Positions 7,980 through 16,990 of a DNA stretch of 64,000 nt are shown here, piece by piece. Source of the stretch: an uncultured Bacteroidales bacterium. GTDB lineage: Bacteria > Bacteroidota > Bacteroidia > Bacteroidales > F082. Under the pieces are notes generated by a model. That model searched no databases and had not been told where the DNA came from. It saw nothing but the letters and a program-made list of their open reading frames with translations. Position numbers and translations under genes: made by a program. Position 1 is the stretch's first letter. Every line of letters begins with the position of its first letter. The DNA lies in NCBI GenBank assembly GCA_946408345.1, contig CAMJRR010000012.1:1993-65992 (forward strand), written 5' to 3'.

Positions 7980-8495
7980 ATGATGTACTACAAGATTAGC
8001 AACAAAAAGAGCAAAACCTACAAAAAGTGCCACGAACTTCGCACGGAAGAACTGAAAATGGAAAAAGAAAACGCCAAGCGAGTCCGTGAGATTGTTGGCG
8101 ACGATTGGGACCACTTCTGCGGATGGAGTGGTCAACAGAACATCGACCGGGTTACTTGGTATAACGGTTTTGCCTTCAAAGACCCGTCCAAACTGTCAAA
8201 CGCATGGAAAAAGCACAAAGAGTATCCAGATATTTATGTTCCCAATACAAGGACGAAGGCTGGGAAAAAGATAAAAGAGGAATTGAATAATCTACAACGG
8301 TCGTGTTTCTATAGGGTACTGGAAATATTCGGATTGCAAGTGATTGGCAGGTTCAGCTATCCATATATGGAGATATGCGATAGTGGAGAGATAGTATTGG
8401 CCATGGATGACCAATTCAATTTTGACAATTTCCCCGAGGTCATAGAAATCACCAAGAGAGAAGCCGAAAGGCTGCTGAAAGGAGGGGAGGAATGA
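7980..8495 (+). CDS. hypothetical early protein
   Basis: 171 aa. GGAGG sits 6 nt upstream of the ATG. Confidence 0.65.
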   Translation: MMYYKISNKKSKTYKKCHELRTEELKMEKENAKRVREIVGDDWDHFCGWSGQQNIDRVTWYNGFAFKDPSKLSNAWKKHKEYPDIYVPNTRTKAGKKIKEELNNLQRSCFYRVLEIFGLQVIGRFSYPYMEICDSGEIVLAMDDQFNFDNFPEVIEITKREAERLLKGGEE

Positions 8496-10087
8496 TCCGC
8501 CTTCTCTACATCGACCTCTTTTGTGGTGCTGGTGGCACCACCACGGGCGTTGAAGCTGCCCGCATTGGCGGCAAGAAATGCGCAAAGGTGATTGCCTGCG
8601 TCAACCACGACGCCAACGCCATCCGTAGCCATGCCGCCAACCACCCCGACGCGCTCCACTTCACCGAGGACATCCGCACACTCGACATTGCGCCATTAGC
8701 CGCTCACCTGGCCAAGTGCCGCAAGCTCTATCCAGGTGCAAAGGTGGTGCTGTGGGCTTCGCTCGAATGCACCAACTTCAGCAAGGCCAAAGGTGGCTTG
8801 CCGCGTGATGCCGACAGCCGCACCCTCGCCGAACACCTCTTCCGTTACATCGAAGCCCTCAGCCCCGATTACATCCAAATCGAAAACGTGGAGGAGTTCA
8901 TGAGCTGGGGCGACATGGACGAACACGGCCACCCCATCAGCCGCGACCGTGGCCGCAGCTTCATGGCGTGGGTCAACCATGTGCGCGACTACGGCTATTA
9001 CTTCGACTACCGCATCCTCAATGCCGCCGACTATGGCGCCTACACCAGCCGCAAACGCTTCTTTGCCATCTTCGGCAAGAAAGGTCTGCCCGTGGTGTTC
9101 CCCGTGGCCACCTACGCAAAAAACGGCAACGAGGGACTGGAAATCTTCGGCGACACGATGTATCACAAATGGAAGCCCGTGCTCGAAGTTCTCGACCTTG
9201 ACGACGAAGGCACGAGCATCTTCACCCGCAAGAAACCCTTGTGCGAAAAGACCCTCAAACGCATCTATGCCGGACTGATCAAGTTTGTGGCTCACGGCAA
9301 AGACAATTTCCTCGTGAAGTACAACTCGATGAACCAAAGGGGCGAATATGTCGCGCCTGGCACTGACGAGCCAAGCCCAACCGTGGCCGTCCAGAACCGC
9401 CTTGGATTCGCCAAGGTGCAGTTCCTCAGCAAACACTTCAGCGGCGACCCCGCCAGCAAGAACACCAGCGTAGACCAGCCTGCCGGAACACTCACTTGCA
9501 AGTGCAACCAGTCGTTCATCACGGCCTATTACAGCAACGGCGACAACTGCACCCCGATTGACAGGCCGGCGCCGACCATCCCCGCCCAGGATCGTGTTGC
9601 CTTGGTCACCACGCAGTTCTACCAAAACGAGTATGGCGCAGGCGGCCAACTCTCCAGCCTTGACCAACCCAATCCCACCGTGATGCCAACACCCAAGCAG
9701 AAATTGGTGTCGGTCAAGCAGTACCTCATGAACCCCCAGTTCGACAGTGCCGGTGGCAGCATCGACCAGCCTTGTTTCACCCTCATTGCCCGCATGGATA
9801 AAATGCCGCCCTATCTCGTCACCACCAAGGAGGGTGTCGGCATTGCCATCTTTGAGGACGACTCGCCGATGACCGTCAAGATAAAGGAGTTCATGGCCTT
9901 GTATAACATCGTCGACATCCGTATGCGGATGCTGAAGGTGGACGAACTGAAGCGCATCATGGGTTTCCCGACCGACTATGTGTTAATCGGCACCCAGAGC
10001 GAACAAAAGAAATTCATCGGCAACGCGGTCGAGGTCGGCATGGCCAGGCAGCTTTGCGAAACATTAGCTAATTGTGTGAGAGTATGA
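8492..10087 (+). CDS. DNA (cytosine-5)-methyltransferase
   Basis: 531 aa. Motifs DLFCGAGG (I), LECTNFS (catalytic Cys, IV), IENV (VI) and SRKRFF (VIII). No adjacent endonuclease gene. Confidence 0.85.
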   Translation: MIRLLYIDLFCGAGGTTTGVEAARIGGKKCAKVIACVNHDANAIRSHAANHPDALHFTEDIRTLDIAPLAAHLAKCRKLYPGAKVVLWASLECTNFSKAKGGLPRDADSRTLAEHLFRYIEALSPDYIQIENVEEFMSWGDMDEHGHPISRDRGRSFMAWVNHVRDYGYYFDYRILNAADYGAYTSRKRFFAIFGKKGLPVVFPVATYAKNGNEGLEIFGDTMYHKWKPVLEVLDLDDEGTSIFTRKKPLCEKTLKRIYAGLIKFVAHGKDNFLVKYNSMNQRGEYVAPGTDEPSPTVAVQNRLGFAKVQFLSKHFSGDPASKNTSVDQPAGTLTCKCNQSFITAYYSNGDNCTPIDRPAPTIPAQDRVALVTTQFYQNEYGAGGQLSSLDQPNPTVMPTPKQKLVSVKQYLMNPQFDSAGGSIDQPCFTLIARMDKMPPYLVTTKEGVGIAIFEDDSPMTVKIKEFMALYNIVDIRMRMLKVDELKRIMGFPTDYVLIGTQSEQKKFIGNAVEVGMARQLCETLANCVRV

Positions 10088-10455
10088 ACGATTTTGGTAG
10101 CATATACAGAACGAGAAAGGCATGGAATGACACATGCCTGGCGGCTGGAATCCCTTCTATCAGCACCGACACATCCGCAAGGATCATGGCCGTGCTTTAT
10201 GTTCATGGCAATAACGAGGCGTTTACTTTCAACCAAAAGTTTGTCGCCGATATGGAATACATTCAGAAGCGCTTCCATATTGAAGGAGCAGGAACACCAT
10301 CTTGTGATTTCGTTGACTTATTGATAGAGTATGTGTCTGAACTCGAACAATACGCCCTACAGCATAAAAATGAAAGCAAGGAGGCCGTGTTTTCGGACGG
10401 CAAACCCCAATGGGCGATTGACTTATTCAAGGAAATGTATAACATCAAAATTTAA
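10084..10455 (+). CDS. hypothetical protein, paralog of 34839-35186
   Basis: 123 aa from ATG 10084 (ATGA overlap). It aligns by eye with the 115-aa product of 34839-35186: W.E/D.CL..G.P....T..SARIMA.L...GNNEA...FKEMYNI. Confidence 0.65.
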   Translation: MNDFGSIYRTRKAWNDTCLAAGIPSISTDTSARIMAVLYVHGNNEAFTFNQKFVADMEYIQKRFHIEGAGTPSCDFVDLLIEYVSELEQYALQHKNESKEAVFSDGKPQWAIDLFKEMYNIKI

Positions 10456-10459
10456 TATT

Positions 10460-11344
10460 ATGATATACGGTTATTTAAGAGTTTCATCAGACGATCAAGA
10501 TGTAAACTCGCAAAAACAAGGTGTGGAAAAGTTTGCCGAACTGCGTGGGTGGAAAATTGAAGAATATATTTCCGATGAAGGTATAAGTGGTGGTAAAGAC
10601 CCAGATAAGCGTAAACTCGGCCCGTTGCTAAAGAAACTTAAAAAAGATGATATTGTTATCGCATCTGAAATAAGTCGCCTAGGCCGTGACCTTTACATGG
10701 TGATGGACATCTTGCACTTCTGCATGAAAATGGAATGCAAGATTTACACGGTCAAAGACAACTTTGCGCTTGATGATAATATACAATCGAAGGTACTCGC
10801 TTTTGCATTTGGCCTCGCCGCTGAAATCGAGCGTCAGATGATCCGCCAACGAACCCGAGAAGGTCTGCGTCTTCGTATGAAGATGGGTGTGTTGCTTGGC
10901 AGACCAATCGGAGCAACCAACAGCGAGGAAGCACAGAAGTACGGCGAATGGAAAGACCGTGTGAAGCAAATGGTGGAATGGCAGATGCAGCCACGACAGA
11001 TTGCTGACATTATCGGTTGCGATCGTAACACCGTCAACCGCCTTGTCGCTCGTTGGGGCTTCGGAAAGGAGTGGAAGTACAAAACCGAGTGGGCAAAGAA
11101 CGATAACAAACAGCGTGGCATCACCAGACAGCCAACCTACAAAGACGAACCCTACAAGATTGTGCAACTGAATCGTGAACGTGTCCGCAAGATGATAGAA
11201 GCCGACATGACCATTCCACAGATTGCAGAAGAATTTCCCATGTACACTTACGAGCAGGTATATGACACTATTCTTTGTGACTATGAATTCAACCCCCTGT
11301 ATCGTCATCACGGTCAATTAAAAGTCAAAAAAGTAAAGAAATAA
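10460..11344 (+). CDS. serine recombinase (resolvase/invertase family) with extended C-terminus
   Basis: 294 aa. MIYGYLRVSSDDQ carries the catalytic Ser. Also EISRLGRD and the HTH RQIADIIGCDRNTVNRLV. Confidence 0.85.
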   Translation: MIYGYLRVSSDDQDVNSQKQGVEKFAELRGWKIEEYISDEGISGGKDPDKRKLGPLLKKLKKDDIVIASEISRLGRDLYMVMDILHFCMKMECKIYTVKDNFALDDNIQSKVLAFAFGLAAEIERQMIRQRTREGLRLRMKMGVLLGRPIGATNSEEAQKYGEWKDRVKQMVEWQMQPRQIADIIGCDRNTVNRLVARWGFGKEWKYKTEWAKNDNKQRGITRQPTYKDEPYKIVQLNRERVRKMIEADMTIPQIAEEFPMYTYEQVYDTILCDYEFNPLYRHHGQLKVKKVKK

Positions 11345-11520
11345 TGACAGGCGAGAAAGACAAGATACACGCATTCTTTACGACACTAACCGCCGTGCAT
11401 GTGGTGTGTGGCAAGATGACGAGAAACAAGGCCGAGAAAAAGGCTTACAAGCATCTTGTAGACATGTACGGCGAAGAATACCTTGAAGAATTGTTCAAAG
11501 ACGAAATTGAAACCCAATGA
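11344..11520 (+). CDS. hypothetical small protein (58 aa)
   Basis: Hand-translated MTGEKDKIHAFF...DEIETQ. TAATG and ATGA overlaps with both neighbours. Confidence 0.45.
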   Translation: MTGEKDKIHAFFTTLTAVHVVCGKMTRNKAEKKAYKHLVDMYGEEYLEELFKDEIETQ

Positions 11521-11993
11521 TCACCGACGGCAAACCCATATTAGACGCTTGTTGTGGCAGCCGAATGTTCTGGTTCGACAAAGACAATCCCTTCGTGGAG
11601 TTCATGGACATCCGCGATGAGGAAGTCTATTTGTCAGACGGGCAACTGGTGATAGTTCACCCGAACACCATCGGCGACTTCACCAATATGCCATATCCTG
11701 ACAACAGCTTCAAGATGGTGGTGTTCGACCCACCGCATTTGGTATGGGCTGGTAAAGCCGCCAACCTTTACAAGCGGTTCGGCAAGCTCGATAAGGACTG
11801 GAAGACGGAGTTGGCCATGGGCTTCAAGGAATGCTTCCGTGTTCTGGAACCTTACGGCGTTCTCATCTTCAAGTGGTGTGAAACCCAGCTGAAGTTGAAA
11901 ACCGTCCTCGCTTTGACAAACGAAAAGCCGCTATTTGGCCACAAGCGCGGCAAAACCTTTTGGGTGGCCTTCATGAAATTTCCAAAACAATAA
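11517..11993 (+). CDS. SAM-dependent methyltransferase, DPPH motif (putative DNA N6-A/N4-C methyltransferase)
   Basis: 158 aa. ILDACCGS (SAM-binding-like) and VVFDPPH (motif IV-like). Confidence 0.6.
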   Translation: MITDGKPILDACCGSRMFWFDKDNPFVEFMDIRDEEVYLSDGQLVIVHPNTIGDFTNMPYPDNSFKMVVFDPPHLVWAGKAANLYKRFGKLDKDWKTELAMGFKECFRVLEPYGVLIFKWCETQLKLKTVLALTNEKPLFGHKRGKTFWVAFMKFPKQ

Positions 11994-11997
11994 CGCC

Positions 11998-12162
11998 ATG
12001 GGAAAGCTAACACCACCACCAGTTGTACGCTCCAACGAAACCATTATCCCTAAATGGATGATGGATAAGATACGCTTGTCGAAACCAAAGAAAAGCGTGT
12101 GCTCCCAATGCGGTGCCCCGCTACATGGTCACACATGCGAATACTGCGGAACTGAATACTAA
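11998..12162 (+). CDS. small zinc-ribbon protein (54 aa)
   Basis: Hand-translated. Contains CSQCGAPLHGHTCEYCG. Confidence 0.45.
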   Translation: MGKLTPPPVVRSNETIIPKWMMDKIRLSKPKKSVCSQCGAPLHGHTCEYCGTEY

Positions 12163-12180
12163 CGAAAGGAGAATAACCCA

Positions 12181-12621
12181 ATGCCCACAAAATTCCCAAT
12201 CGACTACGAGCCAGGCAAAGTCCAAGCCTTCCTGATCAGCAAAGAGACAGGACAGATGATTGAAGCCACACCATTGACTGAAATCGCCCCTAAACCGTGG
12301 CCAATAGATGACATCGAAATCGAGACCGAGCCGGAACCGCCTAAGTCGCTCACCCTCTCCGGCACCTTCACGCTGAAGACAAAGATGAAGGCCAACCAAA
12401 GGCGAAAACTCATCAGAGCCTTAAGCGGCAAACAGAAGCTGCCCCGCAAGCTGAAGAAAGCCCTAAAACATGTGGGCTTCTTCCAACTCCCAATGGAACG
12501 CATAAAGACAGAAAACGGCGTCGCCTTCAAGCAAACAGTAGGATTTGGCCCCAAGGACGGCTATCCATGCACCAAATGGGTGAACCGCGCCTGCCTGAAA
12601 CTCAAAGCCGAAACATTATAA
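12181..12621 (+). CDS. hypothetical protein, basic C-terminal half
   Basis: 146-aa ORF. Confidence 0.65.
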   Translation: MPTKFPIDYEPGKVQAFLISKETGQMIEATPLTEIAPKPWPIDDIEIETEPEPPKSLTLSGTFTLKTKMKANQRRKLIRALSGKQKLPRKLKKALKHVGFFQLPMERIKTENGVAFKQTVGFGPKDGYPCTKWVNRACLKLKAETL

Positions 12622-12654
12622 TCATTGAAAAACAACTCAAAACTCCATACTGAA

Positions 12655-13524
12655 ATGAAAATCACCTATCCCGAATGCCAAATCGAAATCAGCACGGATG
12701 AAATCATCGACCTGATGGACCACTTCGTCGAAAGAACGAAATCCCGTAAGCACGAAAACCCGAAAGAACCCGACAATCACGAAGAAGATCCTGCCCCCAC
12801 CTTCGAGCCTGGCGGCATCATCAGCACCGGCGACGACATGCCACTGCCAAACCCCTATCCCAACCTGACAGACCATGAAGCCATCATCCCACGAGGCACA
12901 GGTTTCCAAGACCTCATAATGCAAGGCCTCAAGGATGCCGAAGAACAAGGCAAGCTGCCTGAAGTTATACCCACCGACGAAAGCACGTCATCCAGTAAGG
13001 ACGATAGCATGAAAGTGGAAGGAACCCCCGCCGAAAGCACGAGACCCCGAAAAGCTCACAGAAGAATGAACCCCGACAACGAATCCAAGAAAGTTGATGT
13101 CCTCTTCGATGATTACGGTTGGAAAACCTTCAACAGCGTGAGCGAAGCCGCCAGGGCCATCGACGCAAGGGTGAACCACCTCAACCACGCCTTGCTGAAC
13201 GATAAGACCTGCAACGGACATCATGTGCGCTATCACGCGCCCGATCCTGCGCCAGGCATGGAACTTCCACCGGCCAAACGCCCGGCCTACTCCGCCAGAA
13301 AAGTCGACGTGCAGGCCGCAGACGACTCCTGGACCACATTCGACACCGTGACCGAAGCCGCCTCACACATCGGAGTCAAGGCCGCAGCAATGTCCTTGGC
13401 TTGCCGCAACGAAAAGAAAGTGAAAGGCTATGCCGTGCGCTACCACTCCGATATGGACAACATCATGAAAGAGATTAAAGAATCTGACAAGAAACCTTAC
13501 CAAACCACTCCTCCAGTCCGTTAA
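12655..13524 (+). CDS. DNA-binding protein with two NUMOD1/IENR-like HTH repeats
   Basis: 289 aa from ATG 12655. An internal duplication reads KVDV..DD.W.TF.SVSEAA..I....N.K..G..VRYH. The N-terminal half is acidic. Confidence 0.55.
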   Translation: MKITYPECQIEISTDEIIDLMDHFVERTKSRKHENPKEPDNHEEDPAPTFEPGGIISTGDDMPLPNPYPNLTDHEAIIPRGTGFQDLIMQGLKDAEEQGKLPEVIPTDESTSSSKDDSMKVEGTPAESTRPRKAHRRMNPDNESKKVDVLFDDYGWKTFNSVSEAARAIDARVNHLNHALLNDKTCNGHHVRYHAPDPAPGMELPPAKRPAYSARKVDVQAADDSWTTFDTVTEAASHIGVKAAAMSLACRNEKKVKGYAVRYHSDMDNIMKEIKESDKKPYQTTPPVR

Positions 13525-13527
13525 GCC

Positions 13528-13659
13528 ATGTCTCCCGAAGAATCCGTCCTGTTCTACGAGCAACAGCAAGCCTACCGACAACGCCGCGAAGACTTCAACC
13601 AAGAAGTGCTTCGCTGGTTTGAGGAAAAATACCAACCAAAAGTATCTACAATGCAATGA
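13528..13659 (+). CDS. hypothetical small protein (43 aa)
   Basis: Hand-translated MSPEESVLFYEQQQAYRQRRED... ATGA overlap with the primase start. Confidence 0.4.
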   Translation: MSPEESVLFYEQQQAYRQRREDFNQEVLRWFEEKYQPKVSTMQ

Positions 13660-16604
13660 TCAACATCGACAAACTATATGAAGCCACCAACGGCGGCGCC
13701 GACCTCTTCAAGTTCTACTTCCCCGATTTCGATCCGGGAAAGAGTTCCAAACTGGTGAAGGTGCGCGACGACGATGACCACCCTTCAGCCAGCATCTTCC
13801 GAAGTGGCGACAAATGGCTTATCAAGGATTGGGGCGGTGCCAACAACAAAGCCTATTCGATGATAGACTTTGTGATGGAGCGCGAACACCTCGAATTCAA
13901 GGAGGCTGTCGCCTTCATCGATCGCGTGTGCCAGACCAACCTGTCGGCACAGGAAGGGGAGAAGCGTACCTTTTCCGGGGCGAAGATGACCAAGGTGGCG
14001 CCGATGAACGAGAGGGTGATCATCCGTAGGCAATCCGGAAAGTTCACCAAAAAGGAACTTTCCATCCTAGGTGCCACCGACCGCAACGGAGAGCCTTGCA
14101 TCACACAAGAGACCTGCGACCAGTTCAACCTTATCCCGCTTGACGGCTATATCAACCCGACCAAGGACGGCAATGTCTCGTGGAAGGTGGAAGCCACGGA
14201 CGACTACCCCATCATGTTCTACGACTATGGCGATTGGGGAAAGATCTATCAGCCCTTCGGCGAAGTCCGATTCATGTACTATGGAAAGAAGCCGGAGCAT
14301 TGGCTGTTTGGCTGCAACCTCTTCCAGGAAGCATGGCAGAAAGCATTGAAGGGCAGCTATCCCCATGTGCCTGAGTTCAGCGGCGGCAAGAAAGCCAAGG
14401 CTGGTGAAGACGGCTATGTGGACGAACAGGAAGAGGACGAGCGATGGGAAGCCTTGACGATATGTTCAGGCCCGTCCGATGCACTCAATGTGTATCGTGC
14501 CGGGCATGTCGTCTGCTGGCCAAACAGCGAGAGCGAACCACTGACATCGGACATCATCAAGAAACTGTTACGCCTGACCCGCAATCTCTATGTGCTCTAT
14601 GATGCCGATGCTACAGGTTTGCGTAATGCCTACGACCTGGCACTACGCAACCTCGATATCCAAATCATTAGTCTGCCCGCCGACCTTGGCGAATGGCGCA
14701 CCAACAAGCGCGACAAGGACGGCAAGCCCAAGATGTGCAAGGACATCAAAGACTTTTGTATGTTCTACAAGAAGGGCCACATTGACCCATACAAGGAATT
14801 CAAGTACCGTCTTGTTAAGTTGGCCAAGCCCTTGCGGTTCTGGATCGAGTCGACCGACAAGAACGGCAAGAAGTCTTACGAAATCAGCAACGCACACCTC
14901 TACAAATTCCTTTCGGCCAATGGTTTTCACAAGATGGTGACCAACTCTGCTGGCGGTTGGGTGTTCGTGTACGTGAAAGGCAAGGTGGTGGAGGTCATCA
15001 AGGAAGAAGACATGGTGGCCCGCGTCAAGGAGTTCCTGATCGCATTCATTATGGAGAACACGGAATACTACAGCGTCATCCTCGAAAACGCCATCCATCG
15101 CTCGAAGCAAATCAATCTTGAGTCGCTGAAGAACCTTGACAATATTGAGGTCGACCTTGACGCATTCTCAGCGAAGGCGGAGTATTTCTTTTTCCGCAAC
15201 TGCATCGTGCGCATCACCGCCGATGGCATTGAGACCATCAAGCAAGACGACTGCCCCTACTATGTGCTGAAGCACAAGGTAATCCAGCACGACCTGAAAC
15301 TATGCAAGGAATTGTATGCAGCCGACTACAGCGAGACCGGACGTTGGGCTGTCGATATGCGCGATTCGTTTACCCCCGCTTCCCCCGATTATCAGGTATG
15401 GGAGGCGAATATTGACAAATTGTCCAAAAACAATGAAATGTATAGGTGTGAGGTGAGGTCGGACTTCGACTTCGTGCGCTACATCTACAACACGAGCAAC
15501 AAGTATTGGCGCGAAGAGGCTGAAGCCAAGGCCAACGGCGGCGACCTCGAACCCACGGAGCGCAAATCCATCGAGACGAATTTCCTCAACAAAGTGACCA
15601 CACTCGGCTACATGCTCACCAAGTACAAGAGCAAAGGCGATGCCCGCGCCGTGTACTGTCTGGAAACCAACGTCATGGAAGATGACGAAGGGCAGCATAA
15701 CGGAGGCACAGGCAAGTCGCTCTACATGCGCTGCACCAACAAGGTACGCAAGGAGGTCTATATCGACGGCCAGGACATGAAGAACAAAAGCTGGGACTTC
15801 CTGTTCCAGCGTGTGGATTTCGACTCCGACCTGGTGAACATCGACGACCTCGCCAGCAGCATCGACCTGAACGCTTTCCTGAACAACATCACCGGCGACA
15901 TGATTGTCAACCAGAAGAACAAGGCCGAATTCATCATCCCCTACAGTCATTCGCCCAAAATGTGCTTCACTTCCAACCACGCCATCAAGCGTTTCGGCGG
16001 TTCACTGAAGAGGCGCATCCAGTTCGTCTCTTTCAGCGACTACTACCATTCGGCCAACGACGAGGCTGGCATTGCCAAACGCTCGCCACTCACCGAGTTC
16101 GGGCGCAACCTGATTGACGACTACGACGAGAAGGACATGAACACCTTCTACAACTTCATGCTCCAGAACGTGCACACCTACATGCGTTTCGGCCTCATCG
16201 AGCCTGACATGCCCGACATCGCCATGCGCCAGATGAAAGCTAACATCGGCCTTGACTTCATCAACTGGGCAGACCAATGGTTTGAACAAGACCTGACAGG
16301 TGAAAGCCGGTTCAACAAGAACATCAATAAGGACGAGGCCTATTCAGCTTGGAAAGCCACCCTCAACTCGAAGGAACTGGGATGGGTGACTCCCAACAAG
16401 TTCAAGAAGAAACTCCAAGGCTGGTGCAAGGTGCGCGGCCATGTCTATATCCCGGAGGAGATGCGCGCCAACATGACCAAGACCGAACGCGACCGCAACG
16501 AAATCCGCTTCAAGGATGACACGGGAAGGTATGTGTACGGCTTCTATATCGAACAAAACCCGCAAACCAAGGAGGAGACGCCGGTATGGGAAGACCCCTT
16601 CTGA
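13656..16604 (+). CDS. DNA primase / P-loop helicase fusion (TOPRIM + D5/VirE-like NTPase)
   Basis: 982 aa. TOPRIM-like LYVLYDADATG, Walker A NGGTGKS and Walker B-like LVNIDDL. Confidence 0.8.
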   Translation: MINIDKLYEATNGGADLFKFYFPDFDPGKSSKLVKVRDDDDHPSASIFRSGDKWLIKDWGGANNKAYSMIDFVMEREHLEFKEAVAFIDRVCQTNLSAQEGEKRTFSGAKMTKVAPMNERVIIRRQSGKFTKKELSILGATDRNGEPCITQETCDQFNLIPLDGYINPTKDGNVSWKVEATDDYPIMFYDYGDWGKIYQPFGEVRFMYYGKKPEHWLFGCNLFQEAWQKALKGSYPHVPEFSGGKKAKAGEDGYVDEQEEDERWEALTICSGPSDALNVYRAGHVVCWPNSESEPLTSDIIKKLLRLTRNLYVLYDADATGLRNAYDLALRNLDIQIISLPADLGEWRTNKRDKDGKPKMCKDIKDFCMFYKKGHIDPYKEFKYRLVKLAKPLRFWIESTDKNGKKSYEISNAHLYKFLSANGFHKMVTNSAGGWVFVYVKGKVVEVIKEEDMVARVKEFLIAFIMENTEYYSVILENAIHRSKQINLESLKNLDNIEVDLDAFSAKAEYFFFRNCIVRITADGIETIKQDDCPYYVLKHKVIQHDLKLCKELYAADYSETGRWAVDMRDSFTPASPDYQVWEANIDKLSKNNEMYRCEVRSDFDFVRYIYNTSNKYWREEAEAKANGGDLEPTERKSIETNFLNKVTTLGYMLTKYKSKGDARAVYCLETNVMEDDEGQHNGGTGKSLYMRCTNKVRKEVYIDGQDMKNKSWDFLFQRVDFDSDLVNIDDLASSIDLNAFLNNITGDMIVNQKNKAEFIIPYSHSPKMCFTSNHAIKRFGGSLKRRIQFVSFSDYYHSANDEAGIAKRSPLTEFGRNLIDDYDEKDMNTFYNFMLQNVHTYMRFGLIEPDMPDIAMRQMKANIGLDFINWADQWFEQDLTGESRFNKNINKDEAYSAWKATLNSKELGWVTPNKFKKKLQGWCKVRGHVYIPEEMRANMTKTERDRNEIRFKDDTGRYVYGFYIEQNPQTKEETPVWEDPF

Positions 16605-16668
16605 TCCGGCTTCCTCTTTTTTTTCGCTCTTTGAAATTTTTCACCGTCACAACCGCTCTTTCTATCTC

Positions 16669-16908
16669 TTGACATTTTGACATTTTGACATAGAAGAAAA
16701 TAAATCAATGGAAATCAATAAAATAAGTTATGTCAAAAATTTGTCAAGTCAAAAATCGCCGAAAATTTTTGACATAGAAAGCGCGAAAATTGACACGCTT
16801 GAAAATCAAGTAGTTACAAAATCCATGTCAAAATGCCGTTTTGCACGAAAAATGATTTTGACACGGCTAACACACTGAAAACCAATTGTGTCAAAATTAA
16901 TGTCAAAA
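16669..16908. repeat. array of at least 10 TTTTGACA / TGTCAAAA octamers in both orientations (iterons / origin or activator sites)
   Basis: Forward copies at 16669-16690 (three in tandem), 16767, 16789 and 16857. Reverse copies at 16731, 16748, 16826, 16889 and 16901. TCAAAATTAATGT is also duplicated at 16891-16922. Confidence 0.75.
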
Positions 16909-16990
16909 AATCAAAATTAATGTGGTATTGGAAGGTTGAACGGTGGAACATCAAGAAAACTGAATTATCAACAACAAAACGCAATACAAA

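Noticed and set aside
8696-9667. 323-aa reverse-strand ORF (likewise 4861-5781, 21590-22552, 31579-32400 and 16814-17482)
   Set aside because: All are shadow ORFs opposite forward genes that either carry recognisable motifs or fit the tight forward operon structure.
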